The notes under the pieces were generated by a model. It did not search any database, was not told where the DNA came from, and saw nothing but the letters and a program-made list of their open reading frames with translations. The position numbers and the translations under genes are program-made. From Acidobacteriota bacterium (lineage in GTDB: Bacteria; Acidobacteriota; UBA6911; RPQK01; JAJDTT01), in NCBI GenBank assembly GCA_965217775.1, contig CBDCJH010000002.1:1248001-1312000 (forward strand): DNA of 64,000 nucleotides, given 5' to 3'. Within the stretch, counting starts at the first letter, position 1. The number at the start of each line of letters is the position of its first letter. This document shows, one piece after another, positions 1-9,294 of this stretch.

Positions 1-9
1 TACGGTGAC

Positions 10-38
10 TTGTGACGGAAGGGGGATGGTGGTATAGT
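10..38 (+). promoter_or_regulatory. Putative sigma70 promoter of the RRM gene
   Basis: TTGTGA (10-15), 17-bp spacer, TG-n-TATAGT (extended -10, 30-38). Confidence 0.6.
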
Positions 39-160
39 GATTCCAATCTGAATGACCTGCTCATTCCAATTGGTCTGACCCGCAAATCCGGGGTTTATTG
101 CGTTGTTCGTCTTGGGGACCGACCGGCGTCCGGCGGAATTTCATTATCCAAGGAGTCCGA

Positions 161-472
161 ATGAACAAGATTTTCGTTGGCAATCTGAGCTTCAGCGTCA
201 GTGAGAGCGCTCTGGAAATGTTTATCCGTGAGTTCGAGGTAGAAGTCGAAGAGATTCGGATCATTCGAGATCGGTATACCGGACGATCCCGAGGCTTTGG
301 GTTCGTCGAGTTGCGCGAGGGCCAGGATCTGGATGAAGTCATCTCCAAATTGCACGGAAGGAACCTGGAAGGGCGCGACCTGCGGGTCGACCGGGCCAAC
401 GAGCGCAGCCGAAGGGACTCGTTCGGGGGCCGTAAGGACTCATATGGGGACCGGCCGCGACGCCGGTACTAG
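161..472 (+). CDS. RRM (RNP-1) RNA-binding protein
   Basis: RNP2 KIFVGNL, RNP1 RGFGFVEL, R/G/D-rich tail; AGGAG RBS upstream of ATG 161. Confidence 0.92.
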   Translation: MNKIFVGNLSFSVSESALEMFIREFEVEVEEIRIIRDRYTGRSRGFGFVELREGQDLDEVISKLHGRNLEGRDLRVDRANERSRRDSFGGRKDSYGDRPRRRY

Positions 473-491
473 TGAGATTCTGCGGTGAGTC

Positions 492-1142
492 TCACCGCGA
501 CGCTCGTCCCTCCTCACTTTTTTTCACGCTCACCGATACTCCGTCCCGAATCGGAATCACGGTAGAGAAATACTCTTCGCTGTCGAAAATCAACCGCGTG
601 TATTCCAGAATCCCCCGGACGTTTTCGTCAGCGCCAGATTCCAGAACCCGTCCTTGAGACAAGAGATTGTCGGAGATCAGTAATCCGCCCGGCCTCAACA
701 GATTCGAGGCTCGACTGAACACCTGCGGATACCGCGCCTTGTCCATGTCATTGAAGATGATGTCGAAAGGTCCGGAGACCTGCCCCAACGTCCGGAGGGC
801 ATTCCCCTCTCGAAACCGCGTGCGGCAGGAGATCCCTCCCCGCTTGAAGTAACTCTCGGCGTCCCGAAGGTTCCGGGACGAGAAATCGGTCAGGGTGAGC
901 TCCCCGCCAGGGCCTACGGCGGAGCCGAACCAGTAGCCGGAATATCCGAATCCCGATCCCAACTCCAGAACGCGTTTCGCTCCGCTGATCCTGGCGAGCA
1001 GAAACAGCAGACGGCCCACCAGAGGGCCGACGATAGGAAAGGATTCGACCGCCGCCCGGGACTCCATTTCCGCCAGGATCGAGTCTCGTGGGGGACAAGC
1101 CTGAAGCAAATACGCGTCAATGTCGGCCAGGAGCAGGTTCAT
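492..1142 (-). CDS. SAM-dependent O-methyltransferase (caffeoyl-CoA OMT-like, Methyltransf_3)
   Basis: VLELGSGFGYS motif I, FDIIFNDMDK, LRPGGLLISDN, IPIRDGV. Confidence 0.9.
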   Translation of the reverse strand: MNLLLADIDAYLLQACPPRDSILAEMESRAAVESFPIVGPLVGRLLFLLARISGAKRVLELGSGFGYSGYWFGSAVGPGGELTLTDFSSRNLRDAESYFKRGGISCRTRFREGNALRTLGQVSGPFDIIFNDMDKARYPQVFSRASNLLRPGGLLISDNLLSQGRVLESGADENVRGILEYTRLIFDSEEYFSTVIPIRDGVSVSVKKSEEGRASR

Positions 1143-1250
1143 CGGAATATGTTGGCATCTGGTTGCGGTGTGGACAACCGGGGGATCTGAGGAGCCGACA
1201 CACCGTTGGCGGTCCGGCGAAGTCGTCCGGGAGATAGTGAAACGTGCGAG

Positions 1251-3014
1251 CTATGGCGGCGAGCTGGTGGACGGTCCCGGGAGGTCCATGGCTGAGGCCA
1301 CCGGTGAAAAAATGGGATCATCCTCTCTCCAAGGGCGCCGACAGGGTTGCCGACGCTGGTAAAGCGAGAGATTCTCGGTCAGGAGTCGCGCCAGGTCGAA
1401 GCGTTGGTTCCGCTGCAGATCGGAAATCATGGCGCGTTGCATTTCGGCTGCCTGTTCAAACTGGCCCGTTTCGGCGAACGCCATGGCCAGAGTTTCGACA
1501 TATTCCAACTCAAGGTCGCCCTGGTTCTCAAACAAGCCTTTGAGGAGCTGCAAAGCTCTCATTCCGTTTCGGATCTTGGGGTCGGGCGAAGCGGCCAGCA
1601 ACCGGGCCACGGCGTGCGTCATGTCGGCGTGACCTGGAAATACCTGCAGCCCCTTCTCCAATAGGGACAGCGCCTCCTCATGGCGGCTCAATTGGACCAG
1701 AGACATCGCCCGCATGAAACGTGCCAGGATGCTCATTTGTTGGATTTGCCCGCCCGCATGGCTGCCGTCCGGGGTGCGGCTACCGAACCCGGAATCGAGT
1801 TCCATAACGGCCGTGTAGTGGGGAATGGCGTCGTGGTAACGCCGCAGACGCATGAGCAGATTGGCCAACTGAAAGTGGGCCTCCATAAACCCGGGGTTGG
1901 CCCCAATGGCGCGCTGATAGTGTTTGGCCGCTTCCTCTTCGGACTGCAACCCCATCAACGTGGTTCCCAGGTAGTAATGCAGCATGGGATTGCCGGGCGA
2001 GGCGCGCAACGCTTGAGCGTATTCCCGGACCGCCCCTTTGAGGTCCCCCATTCGGGCCAATGCCGAACCCAGATCGGTCAGCGGAACCGGGTTCTTGGGA
2101 TCCAGAGCCACCGAGGTGCGATATTCCTTGACGGCCTCGGCAAAACGTCCTTTTCCGAAAGCCCGCATTCCGCGGACCCAGTGGTGGCGCCAACCAGTGG
2201 TCAGATCGTCCAGGGCCTCCATCAGGGGATCGGGATAACCTGCCGTGGCGTGGCCACGCCGGAGCCGCTCCAACATGGCGACCTGCTGGAAGTGAGTCTG
2301 GGCTTGATCGAGTTCTCCCTGCTTTCGATAACTCATGGCCAACAGGTAGTGGATGTTGTTGACATCCGGTTGCAGCGCGAGTGCGGCTTCGAAGTAACGG
2401 ATCGCTTCCTTGGTATCGCGCCTTGAGGAAGCGATTTTTCCCATCCCGACCAGGGCCGGAGCACAAGCTTCGTCCAGTGCCAGGGCCCGCTCGAACAAAG
2501 GCCGGGCCCGGTTATGCCGGTTCAGGCTGAGGTGGCCTTCGGCCGCGCCCAGAATGGCCGGCACGTTGTCGGGTTGGTGTTCCAAAGCTCGCTGGTAAGC
2601 GGCGATGGACTTCTCGAGGTCACCCTGATTCTTGTAGATGTGGCCCAGATAGTAGGACCAGCGAAAGTCTGTTGGCGTCAGTGATTCCGCATTGAGATAA
2701 GAGGCCTCGGCCGCGCCCAGAAAATCCTGTACGTGGTAGAGCTTGCCCATCTCACCGTAGGCCTGAGAGAGTTCCTCCTTGCTGACCTCCCCCGCTTTCG
2801 CCATTGACTCCAGCTTTGCCCGGGTGTCTCTTATTCGTTGCTGTGCAGCGGGCTCCAGCCGGCTCAGATCCGGATGGGGAATCGGCCGATATGGATCATT
2901 CGAGTGGGGAACGGACGCGGATTCTCCAGTGACCGCGGTGGGTAGGACGCTCAGCCCGGCAAGAAACAGGGCGCAGACACGCAACAGGTTGAGGAGCGTC
3001 CTCGAATCACTCAT
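1251..3014 (-). CDS. Exported tetratricopeptide repeat protein
   Basis: Signal-like N-terminus and many TPRs; ATG 3014 overlaps the upstream CRTAC1 stop (ATGAGTGA); paralog of 20925..22652. Confidence 0.85.
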   Translation of the reverse strand: MSDSRTLLNLLRVCALFLAGLSVLPTAVTGESASVPHSNDPYRPIPHPDLSRLEPAAQQRIRDTRAKLESMAKAGEVSKEELSQAYGEMGKLYHVQDFLGAAEASYLNAESLTPTDFRWSYYLGHIYKNQGDLEKSIAAYQRALEHQPDNVPAILGAAEGHLSLNRHNRARPLFERALALDEACAPALVGMGKIASSRRDTKEAIRYFEAALALQPDVNNIHYLLAMSYRKQGELDQAQTHFQQVAMLERLRRGHATAGYPDPLMEALDDLTTGWRHHWVRGMRAFGKGRFAEAVKEYRTSVALDPKNPVPLTDLGSALARMGDLKGAVREYAQALRASPGNPMLHYYLGTTLMGLQSEEEAAKHYQRAIGANPGFMEAHFQLANLLMRLRRYHDAIPHYTAVMELDSGFGSRTPDGSHAGGQIQQMSILARFMRAMSLVQLSRHEEALSLLEKGLQVFPGHADMTHAVARLLAASPDPKIRNGMRALQLLKGLFENQGDLELEYVETLAMAFAETGQFEQAAEMQRAMISDLQRNQRFDLARLLTENLSLYQRRQPCRRPWREDDPIFSPVASAMDLPGPSTSSPP

Positions 3015-4764
3015 TCTCGCTGACGATCCGGCCGCTGCCCGCCTGTAGTGTCGTATAGCGGTCCACGGGGAGATCGATCCACTCTTCCACACCGCTGCCG
3101 GGCCAGGAGACGCGGACGGCTTTTACCCGGTTCCGGCTTCCCAGCCCGACCAACACCCGGGGATCGTTGGCGGAACCGTAGCTGCCGTCGGTTCTCACAC
3201 GCCGTAGCAGGGTGGGACCGTCAGGGAAGACCACTTCCACTCGGGCTCCCAACATGTCTCGTGGGATGTCTCCTCCCAGCAGTCTCAAACCCAACCAGTG
3301 ACGGCGGGTCCCCACGTTGTTGATGAGCAGCCGGGCCGGGCCGTTGTTGTTGACGATCAGCACGTCCACGTCTCCATCGTTGTCGATGTCCCCAAAGGCG
3401 CCGCCGCGGCTCACCTCGGAGAGCTTGAATACGGCTCCAGCCTGTTGGGTAACCTCCTCGAAACGTCCGTTTCCCAGGTTATGGAAGAGCTGGTTGGGCT
3501 GATGCAATGGATAGGGGTCTCGCAGTTTTTCCAGGGCCTCGATGGTCGCAACATCCCCGTGCAAGGCCAGAATGTCCAGCCAGCCGTCGTTATCGTAGTC
3601 CAGGAAGGCGGTCCCGAACCCGGTGTAGGGCATGCTCGCGACTCCCAATTCGCTCTCGAAGGTCTGATCTTCAAACCATCCCTGCCCATTGTTGAGGTAG
3701 AGCGTATTGGTTTCCCGGATCAGATGGGTCATGAAGAGATCTTCGTCGCCGTCGTTGTCCAGGTCTCCGGCGTCGACTCCCATGCTGGCCTCGGTTTTGC
3801 CGTCCCGGTTCAGGGCGCAACCGGCCACCAGTGCTTCTTCCCGGTAACTGCCGTTTCTCTGGTTGATCCACAAGTGATTGGGACGTTGATCGTTGGCGAC
3901 ATAGAAATCGATCCAGCCATCTCCATTGAAGTCGGCGCTCACGACGCCCAGGGCGCCGCCGTGCCTGGTGGCTACGCCGGTTTGGGAGGATACGTCCTGA
4001 AATCTTCCATCACCAAGGTTGCGATAGAACCGGTTGGACTGGGCCGGGTAACTCCGGGGCCCACAGTAGTCTATGGCTCCCGTACTGGAGTAGCACTTCT
4101 TGGGATTGGACAGCCGGTAGTCCACGTAGTTGCCCACGAACAGGTCCAGCCAACCGTCTCGATCGTAATCCAGAAAGGAGGCACTCACGCTCCACGCCGT
4201 ATCGGCGCCGTCACCCATGGGGACCTCGGTGAAGGTGCCGTTGCCGTTGTTCCGATACATTCGGTTCTTGCCGAAGTTGGTGACGTAGAGGTCGACCCAG
4301 CCATCGTTGTCGATGTCCCCCGCCGCCGCCCCCATTCCGTAGCCGATCGAAACGATTCCGCTCTGCGCGGTCACGTCGGTAAAGCGCAAGTTGGGCGTCC
4401 CGTCCGGGTTCACGTTCAAATCGTTTCGAAAGAGCCGGTCTCGGAGTGGAGGCTTTTCCGGCGGCGAAAAGAGGGCGTCGTTCAGTGTCTTGTCCGGTCC
4501 CAGCATCTGGCCTTGCACCAGGTAGACGTCCAGATCGCCGTCGTTGTCGTAGTCGAAGAGGGCGCCTCCGGGGCCCATCATTTCGCAGAAGTAATACTCT
4601 CCGGACATTCCGTTGAAGTGGCGGAAGTCGATTCCGACAGCCTGGGCGACGTCCTGGAACAAATCGGTGCCGGCGTCGCCAGTCTTGGATGGGTAAGCCG
4701 GTGACGTGCAGAACCCCAAGGTCGTGAGACCGATCAGCAGGATCAGCCGATTGAGTTGTGACAT
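3007..4764 (-). CDS. CRTAC1-family FG-GAP/VCBS repeat protein with C-terminal ASPIC/UnbV domain
   Basis: Repeated DYDNDGDLD/DFNGDGWID Ca-binding motifs, SRGGAFGD, GSYGSANDPRVLVGLG; start moved to MSQLNRL because the longer ORF runs into a repeat. Confidence 0.9.
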   Translation of the reverse strand: MSQLNRLILLIGLTTLGFCTSPAYPSKTGDAGTDLFQDVAQAVGIDFRHFNGMSGEYYFCEMMGPGGALFDYDNDGDLDVYLVQGQMLGPDKTLNDALFSPPEKPPLRDRLFRNDLNVNPDGTPNLRFTDVTAQSGIVSIGYGMGAAAGDIDNDGWVDLYVTNFGKNRMYRNNGNGTFTEVPMGDGADTAWSVSASFLDYDRDGWLDLFVGNYVDYRLSNPKKCYSSTGAIDYCGPRSYPAQSNRFYRNLGDGRFQDVSSQTGVATRHGGALGVVSADFNGDGWIDFYVANDQRPNHLWINQRNGSYREEALVAGCALNRDGKTEASMGVDAGDLDNDGDEDLFMTHLIRETNTLYLNNGQGWFEDQTFESELGVASMPYTGFGTAFLDYDNDGWLDILALHGDVATIEALEKLRDPYPLHQPNQLFHNLGNGRFEEVTQQAGAVFKLSEVSRGGAFGDIDNDGDVDVLIVNNNGPARLLINNVGTRRHWLGLRLLGGDIPRDMLGARVEVVFPDGPTLLRRVRTDGSYGSANDPRVLVGLGSRNRVKAVRVSWPGSGVEEWIDLPVDRYTTLQAGSGRIVSENE

Positions 4765-4814
4765 TGAACCGGGAAAGGATTCGTTGAGAGTCGTGATCTT
4801 AGCAGTCCGCGCAC

Positions 4815-4859
4815 GATGCAGGGACAGTCGAATGCCGTGACGACTTTGGCCACGGGCTG
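4815..4859. repeat. Terminal remnant of MITE family 2
   Basis: GATGCAGGGACAGTCGAATGCCGTGACGACTTTGGCCACGGGCTG is a near match to the reverse complement of 39257-39301. Confidence 0.8.
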
Positions 4860-4863
4860 CTAG

Positions 4864-5022
4864 GAGCCTGCGCGGCAGAAATTGATCTACTGCGAAAGCG
4901 GTAGAATCGGTCCATATTTCCTCGATTTCTCGGCGAATAGAACAACTATGCACCTCCAAATCGAGAAAATCTGGCCTCGATTCCCCACTTTCTCGCTACG
5001 ATCATTTCTACCGCGCAGACTC
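4864..5022. mobile_element. 159-bp palindromic MITE-like element, family 1, copy A
   Basis: ~23-bp imperfect TIRs (GAGCCTGCGCGGCAGAAATTGATC / GATCATTTCTACCGCGCAGACTC), CTAG on both sides; near-identical copy at 24493-24651. Confidence 0.85.
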
Positions 5023-6672
5023 CTAGCCACCCTTGACTTGGAAGCTGTCTCCGACCTGAGTCCTGGCATCGTTGAGCTGATCCCAGGCTTGGACTTCCAT
5101 CCGGTAGGTTCCGGGTTCCAGACCCCTCAGGAGAAACCCCTTGACCAGGACCAGTCTCTCCGGCGAGAAGAACTGAATCGACTCCCCGTTGTTGTCGGTG
5201 GTTTCGTGAACGAGGTCGCCGCCGCGGCTGATTCGGTAACGCACCTGCAAATTGGGAGCATTGGAGGATTGATCCAAACCGAAATTGTACAAGTGCAGGT
5301 AAACCGCAAGAAGAGACTTCTCGGAAAAGCTCTTGTCCATGCTGGGCCGTATCTTGACGTCTCCCAAAACGAACATCTGGTTGTCTTCCGGTACCACGTC
5401 CAGCTTGCGGATGAAGTCGGAAAGAATGAGCGAACTGTTGCTTAGTTTCTCTCCTTCCTTCAAGCTCGGCGGAGGAATGATGGCTTGTTTGACGGCGCCG
5501 ATGTTGCTGCTTTCGATGTCCTTCACGACCAGATCGAGTTTATAGCGGGTCTTGTTGTCCAGAATCAGGACTTTCTGGTACATTGATCGACCCTGCAAAC
5601 TCCTCTCCAGCACCTCCGGTGCGTAGGAGATCACCAGTTCATCGTCGAATTCCTGGATCAGTTGATTGTCCAGGCTGGTCACGGCGCCATAGAGGCCGAT
5701 TCGAGCCGAATGCAAATTCCCTTTGCGCTTGAAGGTCATGTCCTTGTTCTGGAGCTGCAGGGTCACGGGAACCAGAATCTTCTGCCGGTTGAGCTTGAAG
5801 TAGTCGCTTCGAGCCTGGAAAGCGAGGTTTGAATAGCCGATGTTGATCTTCACCAACTCCTTCAGATCGTTGTACTTGATCTTTTTCGGGGTCTGTACGT
5901 TGGAAAAAATCTCGTACCGGTAGAAGGGGTTGTTTCTGAAGCTGCCGGTGTTGTAGGCGGGGTTGTGCCGTCCCGGAGAAAAATAAGGGCGATCCTCTTT
6001 TCGGGTGAGACCCACTTGCTCGGACCAGGTCAGGCCCTGTCCCGGCATGTGCAGCAGCGCATCCTTTTCTTCCGGATTGAGAGCCAGGTGGTAGTCCCCC
6101 GTGAAGGAGTTGTCCACGAATTCCAACTCGATGTCGTCTCCAATGCCCTCCAGGTGCCGGTAGCGCCACCGTTCGAATGGATAGACGGTCGTCTGTCCAC
6201 CACCCTGTTCGAATTCCCGGTCGTAGAAACTTCCTGCGGCATAGGACTCTATTTCGGCCGGTTCCCCGTGAATGATGTAGATTCTGCCCCGATCCGAGCG
6301 CCAACCCTCTTTGCCGGAGTGGAATCGCTCATTGGCATAGGCAATCCGCCGATAGTGTTCTTCCTTGAACTCGTTGAGCGCCGTCCGGGGATCGGGATCC
6401 CGCCGGCGCCAGAACTGTTCGATGAAGCGCTCCTTTTCGTCCTCCGTGGTCAGGCTTCCAAAAACCGACTTCTCCTCGTCCGAAATAATGTAGACGGCAT
6501 CCCGTTCCAGCCAGTTCTTGAAATAGTCCTCACTCTCCTCACGCCGGACGTCGGGATTGACTTTTTCCTTTTTCGCCATCGCAGAAATGGACAGCCCCAG
6601 CGACAGAAGCATCAGAAGGGGAAGGAATATATGGTGCACGGCTCTGAACCTTTGTTTCAATGGAGACCTCAT
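5023..6672 (-). CDS. GWxTD domain-containing protein
   Basis: EQFWRRRDPDP..NEFKEEHYRRIAYANERF..GWRSDRGRIYIIHGEP; signal peptide; start uncertain (6672 or 6750). Confidence 0.9.
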   Translation of the reverse strand: MRSPLKQRFRAVHHIFLPLLMLLSLGLSISAMAKKEKVNPDVRREESEDYFKNWLERDAVYIISDEEKSVFGSLTTEDEKERFIEQFWRRRDPDPRTALNEFKEEHYRRIAYANERFHSGKEGWRSDRGRIYIIHGEPAEIESYAAGSFYDREFEQGGGQTTVYPFERWRYRHLEGIGDDIELEFVDNSFTGDYHLALNPEEKDALLHMPGQGLTWSEQVGLTRKEDRPYFSPGRHNPAYNTGSFRNNPFYRYEIFSNVQTPKKIKYNDLKELVKINIGYSNLAFQARSDYFKLNRQKILVPVTLQLQNKDMTFKRKGNLHSARIGLYGAVTSLDNQLIQEFDDELVISYAPEVLERSLQGRSMYQKVLILDNKTRYKLDLVVKDIESSNIGAVKQAIIPPPSLKEGEKLSNSSLILSDFIRKLDVVPEDNQMFVLGDVKIRPSMDKSFSEKSLLAVYLHLYNFGLDQSSNAPNLQVRYRISRGGDLVHETTDNNGESIQFFSPERLVLVKGFLLRGLEPGTYRMEVQAWDQLNDARTQVGDSFQVKGG

Positions 6673-6878
6673 CGAGTCCGGCCCGGTGCAACCTAGTTTA
6701 GGCAAGATCCGATTGGGGATCAACGATGCGGATCGACCCACATCATCCACGATGACGTCGCCGCGACTTGACCGGTTTGTCCGTCAGCCCGCAGGATGGG
6801 TTCAGTGGCAGCAATTTTCAGCCAGCTCGAGGCAAACTGTGCTGTCGGAAATCTCTTTGTCTTGAAGGTGTTAAGAAG

Positions 6879-9164
6879 GTGAAGCCGGGTAGGTCGAGTC
6901 GACCCTTACAGCGGAGACTCAAGGCTGCCGTTAATTTCCCCCTGCTAGCGGGGGCCCTATTCAGCTTGAATTGGATCGCGTGTACGCAATCGGACCCGCC
7001 CCCGCCCCCTTCGCCGGCTCTAGATTCCAGCTCTGAAGAAACCGTGGAAACCCAGGTGCCCGAGCCTCCGGGCAGCTTGACCTTTACCCGGGACATCGCG
7101 CCCATCGTCTTCCCGAATTGTTCCCCATGTCATCGCCCGGGCGGAGCGGGTCCGTTCGATCTGCTCAGCTACGACGACGTCAAAACGCGGGGCCGGTTGA
7201 TGGTCGCGGTCACAGAGAGTCGTTTCATGCCTCCCTGGCAGCCCGAACCCGGTTTCGGCGAATTCAGCGGCGAACGCCGGCTCAGCGATGATCAGATCGA
7301 AGTGCTTGAGAAGTGGGTGGCGCAAGGATCGGTCGAAGGAGATCCGGCCGACCTGCCCAGTGTCCCGAAGTGGCCGACGGGATGGCTGCTGGGGCCGCCG
7401 GATCTGATTGTGACCATGCCCCGGCCGTACACGCTGGCCGCCGAGGCCAGCGCGGCGGGGAAGGACGTGTTTCGTACCTTCGTGCTGCCGGTTCCACTGG
7501 AATCCATGCGTTACGTTCGCGCATTGGAGTTGAGACCCGGAAATCCCAAGATCGTGCATCACATCGTGGGAGGCGTCGACCCCACGCCTCGCTCCCGGCA
7601 ACGCGACCGACAAGACGACATGCCCGGATTCGATGGGATGAGATCCACTCAGACGGCTCGTCCTCCCGGGGGCCATATCCTGGTCTGGACGCCCGGAAAG
7701 GTCCCCACGGAGAACCCTGAGGGCTTGGCTTGGGGACTACGGGAGGGGACCGACCTGGTGTTGGAACTGCACATGCAACCGTCTGGTAAACCGGAACGGG
7801 TTCAGCCCAGCGCCGGTCTTTATTTCAGCGACGAAGCACCCACCAAGATCCCCTTCATCCTGATTCTGGGGTCCGTTGCCATCGATATTCCGGCGGGCAG
7901 CAAGAACCACTGGATTGAAGACAGCTACGTACTGCCGGTGGACGTGCAGGTGATGGGCTTGTATCCGCACGCCCATTTCCTGGGCAAGCAGATGGAGGTC
8001 TCCGCACGCTTTCCCGACGGGAGTCGGCGCTGGCTCCTCCATATCAAGGATTGGGACTTCAACTGGCAGGACGATTACGTCTATGCCGAGCCCGTCGCGC
8101 TCCCGCGCGGCACCCAATTGACCATGCGCTACAGCTACGACAACTCGGCCGGCAACGTTCGCAACCCTCACAATCCCCCCCGGCGCGTGGTCTACGGCCC
8201 CAATTCCTTCGATGAGATGGGTGAGGTGTGGATCCAAATGCTGACCCGCGACCAAAGCGACCGGGAAACGCTGCAGAGCGATTATCGCCGCAAACAACTC
8301 GACTTGGGCATCGCCGGCTTCCGGCATTCATTGGACACGAAACCCCAGGACGCCAACACCCATCTGCAGTTGGGTCAGGCGCTCTACGCTCAGGGAAAGA
8401 TCGGGGAGGCCATCGAGCACTATCGCCAGTCGCTGGACTTGCATCCTTCCAGCGCCGAGACGCATGCCTACCTGGCCAATGCCCTGATGCAACAGGACGA
8501 CCCGGAGGGAGCGGTTCGCCACTATTCTCTGGCATTGGAGATCAAACCGGATTTTGTCGAAGCTCGCTTGCATGCTGCCAACTCGCTGATGGGGCTCGGA
8601 AAACACGCACCAGCGGAAGGGCACTATGCGCGAGTCGTCGCATTGAACGGCGGACACGCCTTCGCCCGCTTCATGCAGGCCATGGCACTGATCCGGCTGG
8701 GCCGCTACCAGTCCGCCCGGTCCCGGTTGGAAGAGAGCCGCCGGGCGCTGCCTGAAGATATCGATATCACTCACGCCCTGGCCCGGCTCTTGGCAGCGGC
8801 TCCCGACAGCAGCGTCCGCAACGGACCGCTGGCGCTGCAGCTCTTGCAGAAGGTGTTCCAAGCCCAGAAGGAAATCTCCTTCGAACACGTGGAAACGCTG
8901 GCGATGGCCTTTGCGGAAACGGGGCAATTCCAGCGAGCGGTCCAGATGCAGCAGGCCATGATCGAGGACGTCAGCCGAGGTGGGCGTAGGGATCTTGCCG
9001 AATTGCTACGAGAGAACCTGGGGCGGTATCGCCGGGGACAGCCCTGCCGGAGCCCCTGGAGGGCGGACGATCCGGTCTTTTCACCGCGTCCAGGCGAATG
9101 GACTCCGCTGGAGTCTCCCGCCGGTGCGAGCCGGGGGCAGATCCCGACCCCAGCGGGTCGTTAG
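6879..9164 (+). CDS. Putative lipoprotein: heme-c domain + Cu type II (PHM/DBH-like) monooxygenase domain + TPR + conserved C-terminal domain
   Basis: CSPCH..MPPW, VHH, LELH, YPHAH, WDFNWQ, DEMG; GTG 6879 chosen by alignment to the paralog at 13032. Confidence 0.8.
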   Translation: MKPGRSSRPLQRRLKAAVNFPLLAGALFSLNWIACTQSDPPPPPSPALDSSSEETVETQVPEPPGSLTFTRDIAPIVFPNCSPCHRPGGAGPFDLLSYDDVKTRGRLMVAVTESRFMPPWQPEPGFGEFSGERRLSDDQIEVLEKWVAQGSVEGDPADLPSVPKWPTGWLLGPPDLIVTMPRPYTLAAEASAAGKDVFRTFVLPVPLESMRYVRALELRPGNPKIVHHIVGGVDPTPRSRQRDRQDDMPGFDGMRSTQTARPPGGHILVWTPGKVPTENPEGLAWGLREGTDLVLELHMQPSGKPERVQPSAGLYFSDEAPTKIPFILILGSVAIDIPAGSKNHWIEDSYVLPVDVQVMGLYPHAHFLGKQMEVSARFPDGSRRWLLHIKDWDFNWQDDYVYAEPVALPRGTQLTMRYSYDNSAGNVRNPHNPPRRVVYGPNSFDEMGEVWIQMLTRDQSDRETLQSDYRRKQLDLGIAGFRHSLDTKPQDANTHLQLGQALYAQGKIGEAIEHYRQSLDLHPSSAETHAYLANALMQQDDPEGAVRHYSLALEIKPDFVEARLHAANSLMGLGKHAPAEGHYARVVALNGGHAFARFMQAMALIRLGRYQSARSRLEESRRALPEDIDITHALARLLAAAPDSSVRNGPLALQLLQKVFQAQKEISFEHVETLAMAFAETGQFQRAVQMQQAMIEDVSRGGRRDLAELLRENLGRYRRGQPCRSPWRADDPVFSPRPGEWTPLESPAGASRGQIPTPAGR

Positions 9165-9269
9165 CACTGATAGTGCTGTCGGGCCACGCTGCAGCCTGTA
9201 TCGATGGTTTGGGAGAGGGGCAAGCCCGGTATGGGAGGAGGAGGCGTGCAACCTCCGACTCCCGGAAAA

Positions 9270-9289
9270 GGGGGACAAGAATGTCCCCC
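9270..9289. terminator. GC hairpin between convergent genes (terminator or REP-like)
   Basis: GGGGGACA-agaa-TGTCCCCC immediately after the TBDR stop. Confidence 0.5.
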
Positions 9290-9294
9290 CTCCT

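Noticed and set aside
4882-5445. ORFs starting MIYCESGRIGP at 4882 and 24511 that look like a duplicated gene
   Set aside because: They are translations of the repeated palindromic element, not genes.
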